From NCBI GenBank assembly GCA_033442325.1, contig JAWQFM010000001.1, positions 1,199,473 to 1,263,472 on the forward strand: a stretch of 64,000 nucleotides of DNA, read 5' to 3'. The notes below the pieces were generated by a model. That model did no database searches. It worked only from the letters and a program-made list of their open reading frames with translations, and was not told the origin of the DNA. Origin of the DNA: Salpingoeca rosetta. Its lineage: Eukaryota; Protista; Choanoflagellata. The translations under genes were made by a program, and so were the position numbers. Shown here one piece after another: positions 1 to 40,315 of this stretch; the stretch's first letter is position 1; each line of letters starts with the position of its first letter.

Positions 1-847
1 AGGGCGTGGTTGCTGTTGAGAGTCAGTGAGTTTCTGTTTTGTGTTGAGTCCTTCCTAATTTGCCTTCTCATGTGGTTTTGTCTTGTTTGCCAACAACACC
101 TGCTTTGTGGTTTTTCCGTTGGCAAACATTCCTTCCTCTCTGCTGGCATGCGTGCCAACTGCCTCTCCTCTCCTCCTTCCCCTACACACGTGAGTTGTGT
201 GCCATGTGTGTGTGTGTGTGCATGCTCGCCATGCTTGGCAAATGCCATGTGTGCGTGCCATGCAGTGTTGTAAAGTGTTGTGTATTGTGTATGCTTGCCT
301 GCAAGCATTCATGCCATGCTTAGCATTGCTCTGCGCGCATGTATGCATGCTGTTCGCTGTTTAGATTGTTTGTGTTCGTGCACACTCTGCCCATGTCGCC
401 TTGGCAGCTCTGTTGACTGTGTGTGCACTTGTCTAGTGTTTGTTTGAGCGTGCTGCCCGAGTTGATTTGGCAGCAGCTTGCTGTGTTTGTTCATTCTCCT
501 TGTGTTCTTGTTTGTTGCCTCACACAATTCTGTGCAACCTCAAAAAGCAACCCTACGCCAACTTCACTGCACAATTCTTCAATTCACAGCACCGCATGTG
601 TGTAAGGGACGAAACGTTGTCACAGATGATGAAAAGAAAAGAAAACACATCAGGGATTAGCACACACAGGTGATGCGGGGGGGGGGGCGGAGAATGAAAC
701 CAAACAAAGGAGCTCTCGACGACAATACCAACAACACCAGCCAACGGCAACAGAACAACCAAAAGCAAGTAAGCAAACAAACAATGGCAAACAAGCAACC
801 AAACAAACAAGAGTGAATGCATGTGTTGTCTATTATGGAAGGTTGGC

Positions 848-8324
<7,477 letters not shown>

Positions 8325-9387
8325 CTTGAGTGATAATTGGGGCTGACGGTGTGGGCGTTTCACGTGCCTGCAAGCAAGCAAGCAAGTCCACAGAGGCCTG
8401 AAGGCAATGAGTGAAGAAGACGAGCCCTTCTCTTCTTGTTTGGAAGCTTGTTTGTTGCTCGTTCACTGCACTGCTGAGTCTTGTCGTGTATGGCAGGAGT
8501 GCGTGTTCGGTTCTGGGCCTCCTGTCTGTGGCCGCACACCACTTAGATGTGTTTTGAAGACAAGGCAGAGAAGCGGGTTGCAGAAGTGTGGGTGCGCGAT
8601 GTCGCAAGCGCAACGAATGTGTTGTTTTGTTTGTTGCATGTTTTTGTTCTTGCAAGGAGGAGTTTTTTTTCACTTGTTACTTTAAGCGCACAGGGGGGGC
8701 GGAGCCCCCCTGGGAAAATCCGTGGGCGTGGTGGCAGCATTTCTGCGTCCGCTCGCGGACGCAGAGTTTTTCGGTGGCGCAGCCACCTTTTTCTGTCAAC
8801 GTTTGCTCCACAAACTTTGCTCCCATCCGCAGAATAAAAAAATTCACCAGCCAGGTACTGAAGTCAGTCGACCAACCAGTCACCTTCCAACAACAACAAC
8901 AACAATGATGACCGAAGGAACAACACGCACAGTGCACGCTGTTAGGCTGTTCTTCTTCTCGCTTCCTTCGTCGGAACATGTTCGTGCAAAGCTGGCTGAG
9001 GAAGCTGGCTGAGATGATGTGACAGCCAGGCAAGCACAAACCGTCCAGCACATTGAGCAGCCACGCGCGGCCCGCTTCCGAGCGACGGAACCGCAATTAA
9101 CAACCCCAGCATAGCATAATCAAGTCTGCATGCTTTTGGGAGCGACCGGGTCACACGGCAGTGCTTTGTCGGAACGTGTTCAAGCAGCTGGCAAGCAAGC
9201 AGGCAACTGTGTGCACTGTCTTCCCCGCGACGCCGCAGACATGACAGCTGTTGGAGCGCCCGGTTGGGCGACGCACTTCGCCTGCGCCTGCGCTTCCCTT
9301 TGCGCGAACACGTTTGTGTTGCCCTGCGCTGGCCATGGCGTTTCAATGACCGCATATGCCTCCGCCTGAAGCTGAGGCGCCGTGAAG

Positions 9388-11081
9388 ATGTCAGGCCGTC
9401 GAACTCAGCGATGCCGGTGTTGTGGAAACCCCGGTCACAACGCACGGACGTGCCCCTTGGTGAGAAGGCGGGCAACGCCACGCGAGGCGCCCCGGGATCC
9501 AAGCTGTGGCCATGGTGACGGCGAGCCCCCTCGCCAGCGTGCACGCACCACTCATCCTCAGCCACAGCAACGCCAACAACAACCACAACAACCACAACAG
9601 CAGCAGCAACTGGGGAATCGGGCTCCAAGCTGTGGCAATGGTGACGGCGAGCCCCCTCGCCAGCGTGCACGCACCACTCATCCTCAGCCACAACAACGCC
9701 AACAACAACAACAGCAGCCGCCGTCGCGTGCAGGTCGGACTCGAGAGCGGCGGTGTGGCCGCTGCGGACAAACCGGTCACACGGTCACGACCTGCTCGCT
9801 GTCTGCGAACCGCATGGACGACGTGCATCTCCTGCCGCCCCTGACACGAGAGTGCCCTTATTGCGGTGCGCTGCTGTTCGATGGCCAGCGCCGCGAGGAC
9901 GGCAGTGAGACCAGCTCCTTCTGCTGTGGCAACGGCCGCGTTCATCTCGAACCCATGCCAGCACCACCGGCGCCGCTGCGACAGCTCTGGGAGGACCGTG
10001 GCGAGCGTGGTCGCATCTTCTACGACTACATCCGCCTCTTCAACAATGCCCTCGCCCTGGCTTCTGCGCGAGCGTCGTGGGTGAGGGCGGAGCGTGGGTG
10101 GAGCCCACACCTCATCATACAGGGGAGCCTTCATCACTGCATCGGGTCGCTGCTGCCTGCCGAGGGCGAGGAGCCGCAGTTTGCGCAGGTGTACGTGTAC
10201 GACAACGTCGGCCAGGCAACCGCGCGCCGCCTGCTCGACATGCGACAGCGGATCGCGGCTGGGACGAGCGTGCCCGATTCCATCTGCGCGAACATCCTCA
10301 CCACGCTCCATGACATGTTGGTGGACTGCAACCCATACGTCGACGCCTTTCGTGATGCCGCCTCGGCCGCGCTCGCGTCTTCGGGCGATGATGCTGTGCC
10401 GGACCTGCAGTTGGTGCTCAACTCCGAGAACAGGCCCGCCGATCAGCACGCGCGCCGCTACACGTCGGGCAACTCCGAGGAGGTGGCCTTGCTGTGTCCG
10501 GATGACCAGGTTGCACAGCGGGACCTGGTCGTGTACCCGAGGGACGGCGGCATTCAGTTCATCAACGAGACACACCAGGCCTGGGACCCGCTTCACTTTG
10601 TGTTGCTGTTTCCCGATGGCACACCGGGGTGGAGGATTGGCGTGCCTCTGCGTGTCCCGCCGTCGCTGGGTGGTGATCAACGCCGCCCGGATCAGTGTGG
10701 TGGTGCTGTCGTCGATGCAGAGGACGTCATGGGGCTCGGCGGCGATGGCTCGGCCGCCCGTCACGTGAGCACTCGGCAGTTCTACGTGTACCACCTGATG
10801 CAGAGGTCGCAGTGCAACTACCTGCTGCGTGCCGGGCGGCTGACGCAGGAGTACATTTGCTCGGCGTTCTACCGCGTGGAGTACCTGCGGCTCCTGTACG
10901 TTCGCCAGCATCAGGCAGAGCTTCGCTCCGCCATCTACCAGAACTTGGTGGACCACTCTGGGGAGGATGACGCAGACGAGCAGCAGCTTGGGCGCCGGGT
11001 TGTCCTGCCATCCAGCTTCCTTGGAGGACAACGGCACACCAAGGAGCGCTTCCATGACGCCATGGCCATCCTTGGCGAATA
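9388..11081 (+). CDS. Helitron Rep/helicase, N-terminal part (truncated by N gap)
   Basis: Intronless GC-rich ORF with two CCHC zinc knuckles (CRCCGNPGHNARTC, CGRCGQTGHTVTTC), then CPYCGALLF..FCCGNGRV, IRLFNNALALAS, PQFAQVYVYD, NPYV, DPLHFVLLFPDGTPGW and RVVLPSSFLGGQRH..FHDAMAI, all typical of the Helitron_like_N region. Confidence 0.9.
9499..9709 (+). repeat. Two-copy in-frame tandem duplication (period 126 bp) in the Helitron ORF
   Basis: PSCG(H/N)GDGEPPRQRARTTHPQPQQRQQQ is encoded twice with near-identical DNA (9499 and 9625). Confidence 0.9.
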
Positions 11082-11181
11082 NNNNNNNNNNNNNNNNNNN
11101 NNNNNNNNNNNNNNNNNNNNNNNNNNNNNNNNNNNNNNNNNNNNNNNNNNNNNNNNNNNNNNNNNNNNNNNNNNNNNNNNN
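11082..11181. other. Assembly gap (100 N)
   Basis: Run of n. Confidence 1.
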
Positions 11182-11815
11182 CCTCATAACGGACGCTCTC
11201 TCGCCGGGCGGGAGGGGCCCTTTTTCCTTTCCCGCGCCCTCCTGGCGTATGGAACCAGGTGGTCGCATCTCTGGCAGCGGTGTTCGCTGCAAACGGCATC
11301 ACCACCGACACCCTTACCTACGATGGCCCCTGGCACATCCCCGCAGATGATCAGGAGCGCCTTGCGCTGCTCGCGGGCGTGGATACATACAACCTCATCG
11401 CTTCCATTGCCTTGCAGCACGCTCCCAATGCATTCCCACGCCTCACTGTTGGCGAGTAACCAACCACATCGCCCCTGTTCCAGCACGTGTTACACGACGT
11501 GCTACATCTTCTGTCGTCACAGTATCGTGCATCTCTGCAACACATCTCTGTCATGTCCTGCCATCCACTGCATTTGTGCATCAAATCCTCTCCAACATCA
11601 TAAACAATGCCAGCGAAGCGGCATAAAAAGTCGTTGCACACTTGTTTTTTTTTTTTTTTTTCCCCGTCTGCCCTCTTGTGGTGTGTTCAAGCAGATGTGT
11701 GTGCGTTCTTCTTCACATGACATGTACATGACGGCGTTCTGGTGCACAAGACGCAACCACCGAGTGTCATTCATTCGTCAAGCAGCAATGACAAGTAACT
11801 CAAGAACACTTCAAG

Positions 11816-19092
<7,277 letters not shown>

Positions 19093-19408
19093 CTTTCAAT
19101 AAATGGTCGCCGTGTGCAGGAGCGTGGTTGAACGTGTGTGTGTGTGTTAGTCAAAACATGCGTTGCTGCGCTGTGTTGTTATGTATGATGTCACTGCCGT
19201 AGGCTGGGTGTCTTCTCCGTGCACACTGCTGCTGTTGATGATGCAGTTGCTCTGCTGCTTTCTGTTGTTGTTCCGAGAAACGGTATGGGGTGGCATATTA
19301 ATAGGACATCACTATCTCAACGCAGACAGGAAGGTCGGCAGTGAATGAACATCCGACGCACCAAACCACGCACGGCAGTACGCGGTGAAGAAGCAAGGCA
19401 AGCAAGCC
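19093..19408. promoter_or_regulatory. Probable bidirectional promoter BLTP3/EYA
   Basis: 316 bp between divergent ATGs. Confidence 0.5.
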
Positions 19409-24514
<5,106 letters not shown>

Positions 24515-24545
24515 AATTCATAAACTTTCACCTGAAACCCGGAAC

Positions 24546-24619
24546 ATGCTCGCAAGGTGCAATGTTGGTGTGTGTGTGAGTGAGTGTGCGTGTGTGTGTG
24601 TGTGTGCGTGCATGCGTGC

Positions 24620-24650
<31 letters not shown>

Positions 24651-24805
24651 AGTGAGTGTGTGTGTGTGTGTGAGTGAGCGTGTGTGTGTCTGTGTGTGAG
24701 TGTGTGTGAGTGCGTCTGTGTACGCATTTGCTTGTTGGTGTCTGTTTACTGTTTGTGCGTCGTCCTCACCCACCACAACCCACACCACACACCACACACC
24801 GCACA

Positions 24806-24838
<33 letters not shown>

Positions 24839-25279
24839 CACACACACACACCACACACACACACTCCCAAACGTAGACAAGTGGCACGGCTGTCGCGAGT
24901 AGCGCGGCACTTGAAGGCGGACAACAGCCCCATTGCGTTCTCCAAGACGCGGGCCAGCAAAACCACGCTGTACGACACACTGGGCCTTCCCAAGGAGAAG
25001 GAGAACGTGCGCTCACCATACATTGTGCTCGCGTTTGGCGTGGTGCTCTGCGGCTCCATGATCTACAAGTTCGCCACCACAGATGCAGACACCAAGAAAA
25101 AATATTTTGAGCAGGAACTCACCGCCCCCTTGGACATGCTGAAGTCAGCCGTAGCACCAAACGCTGAAGAGCAAGCAGCAGAGCCGACAGCAGAGCAAGC
25201 GGCCGTGACGAACACCACCAACAGCAACAGCAACAAGAGCGTTCAAGCCGCTGCCAACTCATCATCTTCGTCAAGCTAG
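24546..25279 (+). CDS. Small single-pass, probably mitochondrial protein, UQCC4/CCSMST1 (C16orf91)-like; 2 exons (24546-24556, 24877-25279)
   Basis: Arg-rich presequence-like MLARQVARLSRVARHLK, then PIAFSKTRAS..LYDTLG (resembles the CCSMST1 PIxFSxSKA motif), then TM YIVLAFGVVLCGSMIY. Confidence 0.55.
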
Positions 25280-25603
25280 TTGGCTTGCGAGCTGTTTCGC
25301 AACGTTAGCCACCCCAGTTCTATCTAGCCCTCTCTGTTTTCTTGCGTCTGTGTCTTTGCGTGCGCGTGTCAGTGTTGCCTGCGCTCGACCACCCCACCCT
25401 CGTTCTTTGTGCGTGAAAGCTCTCCGCACCTTGGTTTTGCCGCGACACCTTATTCCTTCTTCTGATGGCACACAATGTCTGCACTCTGTGTACATACTAA
25501 ACGGCTAATCCCCAAGAGGTTCTCTTGGCATACTCTGCTTCACGCACGACCGAGCAAGTTGAACCACAAACACGTTGTTGTGAAATGTTCCGCGGTGCTC
25601 TCA

Positions 25604-28597
<2,994 letters not shown>

Positions 28598-28657
28598 GGT
28601 GCGTCTTCTTCTCTCTTTGGTCGGGTTTTGGCGCACAACAACAAGTCACAGACTGAC

Positions 28658-33105
<4,448 letters not shown>

Positions 33106-33119
33106 TCAGCGACGATGGC

Positions 33120-33195
<76 letters not shown>

Positions 33196-33652
33196 TCGCT
33201 CGGCCATTGCTTGTCATTTTCACTGTTCTTCACCTCCCGCTCTGACGACGTACACTATTGTGCATACGTTCGCAGCTTGTCTGCTGGTAACATAACATGT
33301 TGGTTTGATTCATTGTGTTATTTTCTAAGCTAGCAACGCTATCCATCGTCGCACACGGTCGAACATGTCAATCAACACTCGAGTTGTAGTAAGGTGGAAA
33401 ACAACAAACCAACAAAGGATCAGCACCCACAATCGTAGCGTAGCATGCATGAATGACGCCTCAAACGAGGATGCGGCACCGTAACATAGCCGCGACACAT
33501 CCACTGCACTCGCTTGACCGTCACATTAACAAATCGCTCACACCGCCCAGCAAGCATCAGGCCACATGTACACACACCAGGAGAAATATGCACAAACAAG
33601 TGCTCGGACATGCCGCACCAAATCATACATTCCACAACACGAAGCACACTTG

Positions 33653-33759
<107 letters not shown>

Positions 33760-33833
33760 AAGCCATATGCACGCCTCACCCCAAGATAACAGCTGGGCAG
33801 CGTTAAGGTTCAGTTCAGGATATTGTCGTTGAA

Positions 33834-35053
33834 TCATTCAACGAGCAGCAGCGTGTCGATGGAAAACGCATTGAGCTTTGGAGGGCTGGTTGACGTTGGT
33901 ACGCGCACGAGCGCAAAGTCAAGCGTGCTGTCCTCCACAAATGCGTCGACCTGAACAGCAAGCGCCTTGGAGTAGCCAACAGCCTGCACAATGTCAATGT
34001 TGTCGTACACGAGAACGCCTTCTGCGTAGAGGTCAAACACGCGCGCGCCAGGGCCAACGGCAGTGGACGTCTCCGCAAAGTGGAACTGCAGCCGATACAG
34101 CCCGTTCCGGACCGGCACGGCAAACGCCAGCTCGTCCTCGCTCAGCAGCGCCTGCCGCTCAGACTGGTAGACGGTGGAGGCCACGGCACTGGATGGCGGC
34201 TGAACGCGAACCTTGTGCACGGCCGTCGTGCCAGACACAGCAAACGCGTCGCTCTCCCACACGGTGGCGTCCAGAGACAAGACGCGCGGGCCACCGCAGT
34301 TGATGCGCAGCAGCGGGGTGCCGGACATGCCACCACCAGCAGTTGTTGTTGCTGCGGCGGTTTGCGTTGGCGGACGTGATGACGCCTTGGTTGTCGGTGA
34401 CGATGACGCTGCCGTTGCAACGGAGGCAAGCGTGGTGGTGCTTCCCCGTGGCGGCACGGCGCCCGTCGACAGCGTTGCGCCACCCGCGTCCTCAAACACG
34501 GCGATGGCGGCCGCGTGCGGGTTCTGCACCTCGCCCGTGAGCTGCACGTTGAGCGTTCCGTCCGTGACAGCGATGGTGAAGCCGCGCACGCCCGCCGTAA
34601 AAAAGCCATTCTCCGCGTATGTGTCGTAGTTGTCGATGGCCAGCTGCCCTTCCAGCTCAATGTCAAACACGCGCTGCCCGGGGCCCGAAATGCCGGCGTA
34701 AATCTCGGCAAAGTGGAGGAACACGTGGTACACCCCCGCCTGTGCAATGGGCAGTTCAAACAGGAGCGGCCCCTGCGGGCTCGGACGGTAGCGCTCAGTC
34801 CAGTACAACTCGTCATCAACCGTGTTCTGGATGTTCCCGCCACCAACGTCGTTGGTCTGCCCGAACGGCGCAAAGTCCGCATCAGAGATCCACGTGTTGC
34901 CACCGCTGTCAACGTAGCTGCCGCCACCGGCGTTGAGGCGCCACACTTCGGCACCAACATCGCTTGGGTCGGGTTCAGGCAGTAGCTGGGGGAAGCGAAA
35001 GCTGGTCGACGTTGTTGTCGTGGTTGTTGTTGTCGTGGTTGTTGTTGTCGTGG

Positions 35054-35123
<70 letters not shown>

Positions 35124-35257
35124 AGTCCTGCCAACCAAACAAGCCAAACACAGCACAAGTGTGAGCAGCCCATTTCAAGAACAACGGAACAATGACATGG
35201 GTCAAACTCTCCTATCCGAACACGCAAATGCGCAAGTACGCACAGTTACGTGTGCAA

Positions 35258-35347
<90 letters not shown>

Positions 35348-38300
35348 GCGCACACACACCTCTGAGTCGGGAAGTCCGTGTCCGGAATGTAGTTGCGACA
35401 GCGTGTGATGCGAAGGGCATCAGCGGCAACCACACCGGGGGCAGACGCGTCGGCAACAACAGAGATGACGTCCTCCGTCGTGGCCGTGACCGCAAACGCA
35501 CCCATGGTGAGCGGGGACCAGCCATCGCCATCGGCAGGTGGAGACTGCTGGTCAATGGTGGCAGCGACAACCTGCCCGCCCGAGGAGGCCACGTACTGCA
35601 CAGATGGCGACGATGACGCGCCCTGACTCACATACGACACGTCCACAAGATAGAACCCTGTGCGAGGCAGGCGCAATAATGAAAAGAAGCGTGAGCGTTG
35701 CGGGGAATATCAAACCAAACAACAATTCAAATACAACGGTGGCCACGCATTCACCGCATGTGCTGACAACTCAATTGTTACATTCCCAGGTCCAAGGTCC
35801 ACAACACACGCACAAACAACACACAAACGAAAACACACACACACACACACACACGCACACACACACAAACACGTTTGTAACGGCACACATACATACACAT
35901 GCAACTACACACACACACACACAAACACACACAAATACAGACACACACGCGCGCGCCATGTACCGTCTGGCAAGGAGTCGAGGAAGAAGTTGACACTGGT
36001 CGCTTCACTGGTGCCGCCATCTGCAGTGTAGAACGAATCACCAAAGAATCCCATCGGCGAAGTGCTCTCTATCCACGTGCCAACAATGGTGGCGCCCACA
36101 GTGGCCCCGAGCTCAGCATCCAGCACAACCTGAAACTCCTCTGTGCACACGCCGATGGGGGTTGGTGTGGGCGGGCCATCACGGCAGCATGTGCTGTGGT
36201 GAACGGCAACAACACCCGTGGTGGAGCCGATAACGAGGTCCAGATCGCCATCGCCATCCATGTCTGCCACATGCAGCGACGACGCGTCGTACGACGTGAC
36301 GAAGAATGTGGGCGCCTCAAACACAACATCCTCCCCATTTTGGGGTTCGGCTTGTAGCAGGACCGCACCCACACCGCCCTGGAACACCGCCACCACATCC
36401 GCGCGCGTGTCGCCGTTTAGGTCGCCAGCGTACACGTCCACAAGCTCCCCAGTGCCTGGTGGCAGGTCTGCGTCAGGGTCAAGCAGCGTTGTCTCAATGG
36501 GCGCTGTGAGCGGATCACGCACAAGCACGACGCGGCCCTGTACGGAGCCAGCGACAACATCCCGCTCTCCGTTGTTGTCCACATCAGCGCTGGAGACAGC
36601 AATGCCGTCAACCAGCGACGAAATGCTTACAATGTCGATGCTTGAAGCATCGCTGCTCACATACGCCACAAGCTCGTTTGTGCGCACATCCGTCACCACA
36701 AAATCAACGTGGCCCAGCCCTGCAGAACCAAGGGGAAGAGGAAGACGAAACAGCGGCGGGAACAACAAAACAGAACCATGCGCATACAAGCAAGCAAAAG
36801 TGTGCCATTGCGTGAGAGAGAGAACACATTGTTACACATCAACGAGCACATGTTGCGTGTGATGCACGTAAATGAAGGCCGTTGCAGTTGACGGACATTA
36901 TGGTAAGGAGACAAGCACACGTGCGCACACGCACATACATGCCCACACACGCCCACACACGCTCAACAAACATACATGCACACAAACACGCACACACACA
37001 CACACAAGCGTATGCACACACACACACACACACGTACACACACAAGCGTATGCCCCCCCCCCCCAACACACACACATGCACCGTAGCCCACCGTCAAAGT
37101 CGGCGAATTCTGCGTCGCTGAACGCTCCAATGTCCTGCAGCTTAAGCTGCTCGGCAAACGCATCAGCAGCGATGAACCAGTAGACGTCGTTGCGCGTGCG
37201 GGAGGCACCAACAACGTCAGCAACACCGTCGCCATCCACATCATCAAAGACGAGGTGGTTGATCTTGGACGTGGTGGGGATCTCCGTGCGGAAGAAGCGG
37301 TACGGTGACTCCGGCGTGTTGCTCAAGAGCACAATCAGGCGCGACGAAGGGTAGGCAATGGCGATGGAGACAGCGCCAAGCGCGTCCACGTGCACTGCAA
37401 GGCGGGCAGGCTTTGGCGTGCTGTCATCCAGTGTTCGCGGGACATACACACTGCCTGGCTGTTGCTCATACCAGAGCACCTGCTGTGCGTCCTTTGCAAC
37501 CACAATCACGTCTTGGTCGCCGTCGCCGTCCACATCAACCAGCCTGAGGAACGAGGCCTCAAACGCAGATGCGGTCACAAACGTGTGGTCTGTCGCGAAA
37601 GAGGGCACGCATCCGACCTCAGAACAACCATCCATAGTCGTGGTGGTCGTAGTGGTGGTTGTGGTTGTGGTGGTTGTGGTTGTGGTTGTGGTTGTCATTG
37701 TAGTGGTTGTCGTTGTGGTTGTGGTTGTCGCTGTCATTGCCATTGTAGTGGTTGAGGGTCTGGGCTCGATGACACGAGTTGCCTCGTGTGGGACGGGAAG
37801 TGCACCCTCCGTTGCAGCCAGACGCACGTTGTCAACAAACGCGGTGTCTTCTGCTGAGCAAATGGAGACAACCAGCGTGGACACCTCCATCGTGGTGGCT
37901 TGAAAGCCGCACACGAGCTCGGCCGCGTACCCGGGCTCAAAGCGGCGGGGCGCGTCAAAGGCGCAATTGGCGACGGGGGATCCGCCAAGCGCCACCTGCA
38001 CAAACACACCGGCAAAGTCTGGGCCGTCGCAGCACACGTCCTGTGCCACGCCAATGACGTATGAGTAGAAGGTGCCTGGCGTGATGGTGACCTTGGTTCG
38101 CTGCTGCGCAATGCACGCGTTGGGGTCAAGCTGCACGACCTGGGGGCCGCTGAGGATCGGGGTGATGGTGTGGTTGATGTAGCCTTCGAGGCGGAGCAGG
38201 GCCGACGAGCCGCTCGGCTGCTGCCAGTCCGGGATGAAGGACGACGACGCAAACGGGGTCTGCAGATTGGGGGTCTCAAAGTCATTGTTGAGGAGTGCGA

Positions 38301-40231
38301 TAAACTCGATATCGCTGGGGGTCTCCGCAGAGGTGGAGGTGGAGGTGGAGGATGAGGTGGACGTTGAGGATGATGTGGATGTCGATGAGGATGAAGACGT
38401 GCTGGATGTGGAGGAGGTTGAGGTGGAGGAAGAGGTGGAGGTTGAGGAGGAGGTTGAAGTGGAGCGAGAGGACGTGGTTGTGGAGGTAGACGTGAATGAG
38501 GATGATGTTGAAGTGGAGGAGGATGTGGAGGTGGATGTGGTGGTGGACGACGATGATGACGTTGAGGTGGAGGAGGACGTGGAAGTGGACGTGCTCGTGC
38601 TTGTGGATGTGGATGTTGAGGTGGAGGTGGTGCTGCTGGTCGACGTTGTGCTTGATGTGGAAGTGGAGGTGGAGGTGGAGGTGGAAGTAGAGGTGGAGGT
38701 GGAAGTACTTGTCGATGTGCTTGTCGATGTGCTGGTGCTGGTGGTTGTGGAGGTGGAGGTGGAGGTGGAGGTTGAGGTTGAGGAGGAAGTGGACGTGGAT
38801 GAAGACGTGGAGGTTGACGAAGATGTGGAGGTCACTGTTGTCGTGAGCAGGGTTGGGCAGAGGCGAGCGGTGCACACTTGCTCGTAGACCCTCACGTCAT
38901 CCACCATGACTGCGCCATCGCCCGTGGACGCCTGCAGCGCAATGCGCACGTTCTGGCCGAGCACTGCACTGTCTGGTGCAATGGGCACCTGGAGGAGGTA
39001 CTGTGCAAAGTCACCCCTGTGCTGGGCAATGACAGCCGAGGAGATGGTGTTGGAGAGGAGTGGCGTGTTTGTGCTGTCTGTGACAGTCAGGGTCAGTGCT
39101 GGCGACGACTGGAAGTCTGCGCGCGCGGCGACGTACACGGCTAGCGTGTACAGGTGGAGCTCCTGAAACTCGGTTGGAAGCACTTGGCTCACCTACGCAG
39201 GCGCGAGTGCATGTGAGTGAGTGCATATGTGTGAGAAGGAGAGAGAGATGGTGTGTGCGTGTGTGTGTGCGTGTGTGTGTTTGTGCGTGTGTGCGTGTGT
39301 GCGTGTGTGCGTGTGTGCGTGTGTGTGTTTGTGCGTGAACTTGTGTGTGTGTGCGTGTGTGTGTTTGTGCGTGAACTTGTGTGTGTGTGTGTGTGCGTGA
39401 ACTTGTGTGTGTGTGTGTGCGTGAACTTGTGTGTGTGTGTGCGTGCGTGAACTTGTGTGTGTGTGCGTGCGTGAACTTGTGTGTGTGTGTGTGTGTGTGT
39501 GTGTGATGTGAGAGCCATAGCTGTGCGGGTGCGTCTCCACATGCACCACTGCAAGGCCCATGCCATTGGGGTGTGCGCGCGTTGCATGTCGTCATTCCGC
39601 ATTCCTCGCTCACCTTGGCGCGGGACGGGAGGAAAACGGCCTGCGAACCATCAGGGACGCGTGCATCGGGGTTGATGAGGTTCGGGCTTGTTGGGTGAAT
39701 TGTGAGTGCGTCCATGCTCCGAGCCCAACCTGAAACGCGACCAACGGCAATGAACCCGGCCAAATCATCCACCTCAAAGCTTGGGTTGGCCACGTCAAGC
39801 TGGGAACTGCCAGGCGGTAGCGTGCTGCCTGTAGATGTTGTTGTGGTGGTGCTGGTGGTTGTTGTGGTGGTTGTGGTGGTGGATGAGGTGAACTCGTCGG
39901 TGGTGGTTTCAAAGTCTTCGGTGGTGGTATCGAATGCTTCTGTTGTGGTCAGCAATTCTTCTGTTGTGGTCAGCAATTCTTCCGTGGTGGTCATCATGTC
40001 CTCGGTCGTGGTTAACGATTCTTCGTCTGTGGTGGTGGCCATTGGCTCCTCGGTGGTTGTGAGCAACGCGTTTGTTGTTGTGTCCAACACATCATCCGTC
40101 ACAGTTGAAAACAGCTCCTCTGTCGTTGTGAGCATCTCCACCGTGCCACGCGTCTCACTGTGAGCACAGCAAAACAGGCAAGCAAAGTCAAGGGTGAGTA
40201 TGTTGTGTATGTGTGTGCTGTGTGCTGTGTG

Positions 40232-40315
<84 letters not shown>

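Larger units (their letters stand above)
8670..11644 (+). mobile_element. Helitron (rolling-circle transposon), internally interrupted by an assembly gap; boundaries inferred
   Basis: Contains a Rep/helicase N-terminal ORF and lacks the host's CA microsatellites. T-runs flank both sides (8663-8670, 11645-11661). GC hairpin at 8691-8712; second hairpin ATGCCAGC-GAA-GCGGCAT at 11607-11624, 16 nt before CTTG (11641-11644). Confidence 0.7.

Noticed and set aside
1-847. Short ORFs at the window start
   Set aside because: Low-complexity intergenic or UTR-like sequence with no recognisable coding signal.
38234-38887. Acidic V/E/D-rich 217-aa ORF on +
   Set aside because: Antisense of the Ser/Thr linker of the minus-strand glycan-binding gene.
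39334-39485. Regularly spaced GTGAACTT repeats resembling a CRISPR array
   Set aside because: Spacers are only (TG)n and the context is a eukaryotic intron, so this is a compound minisatellite.
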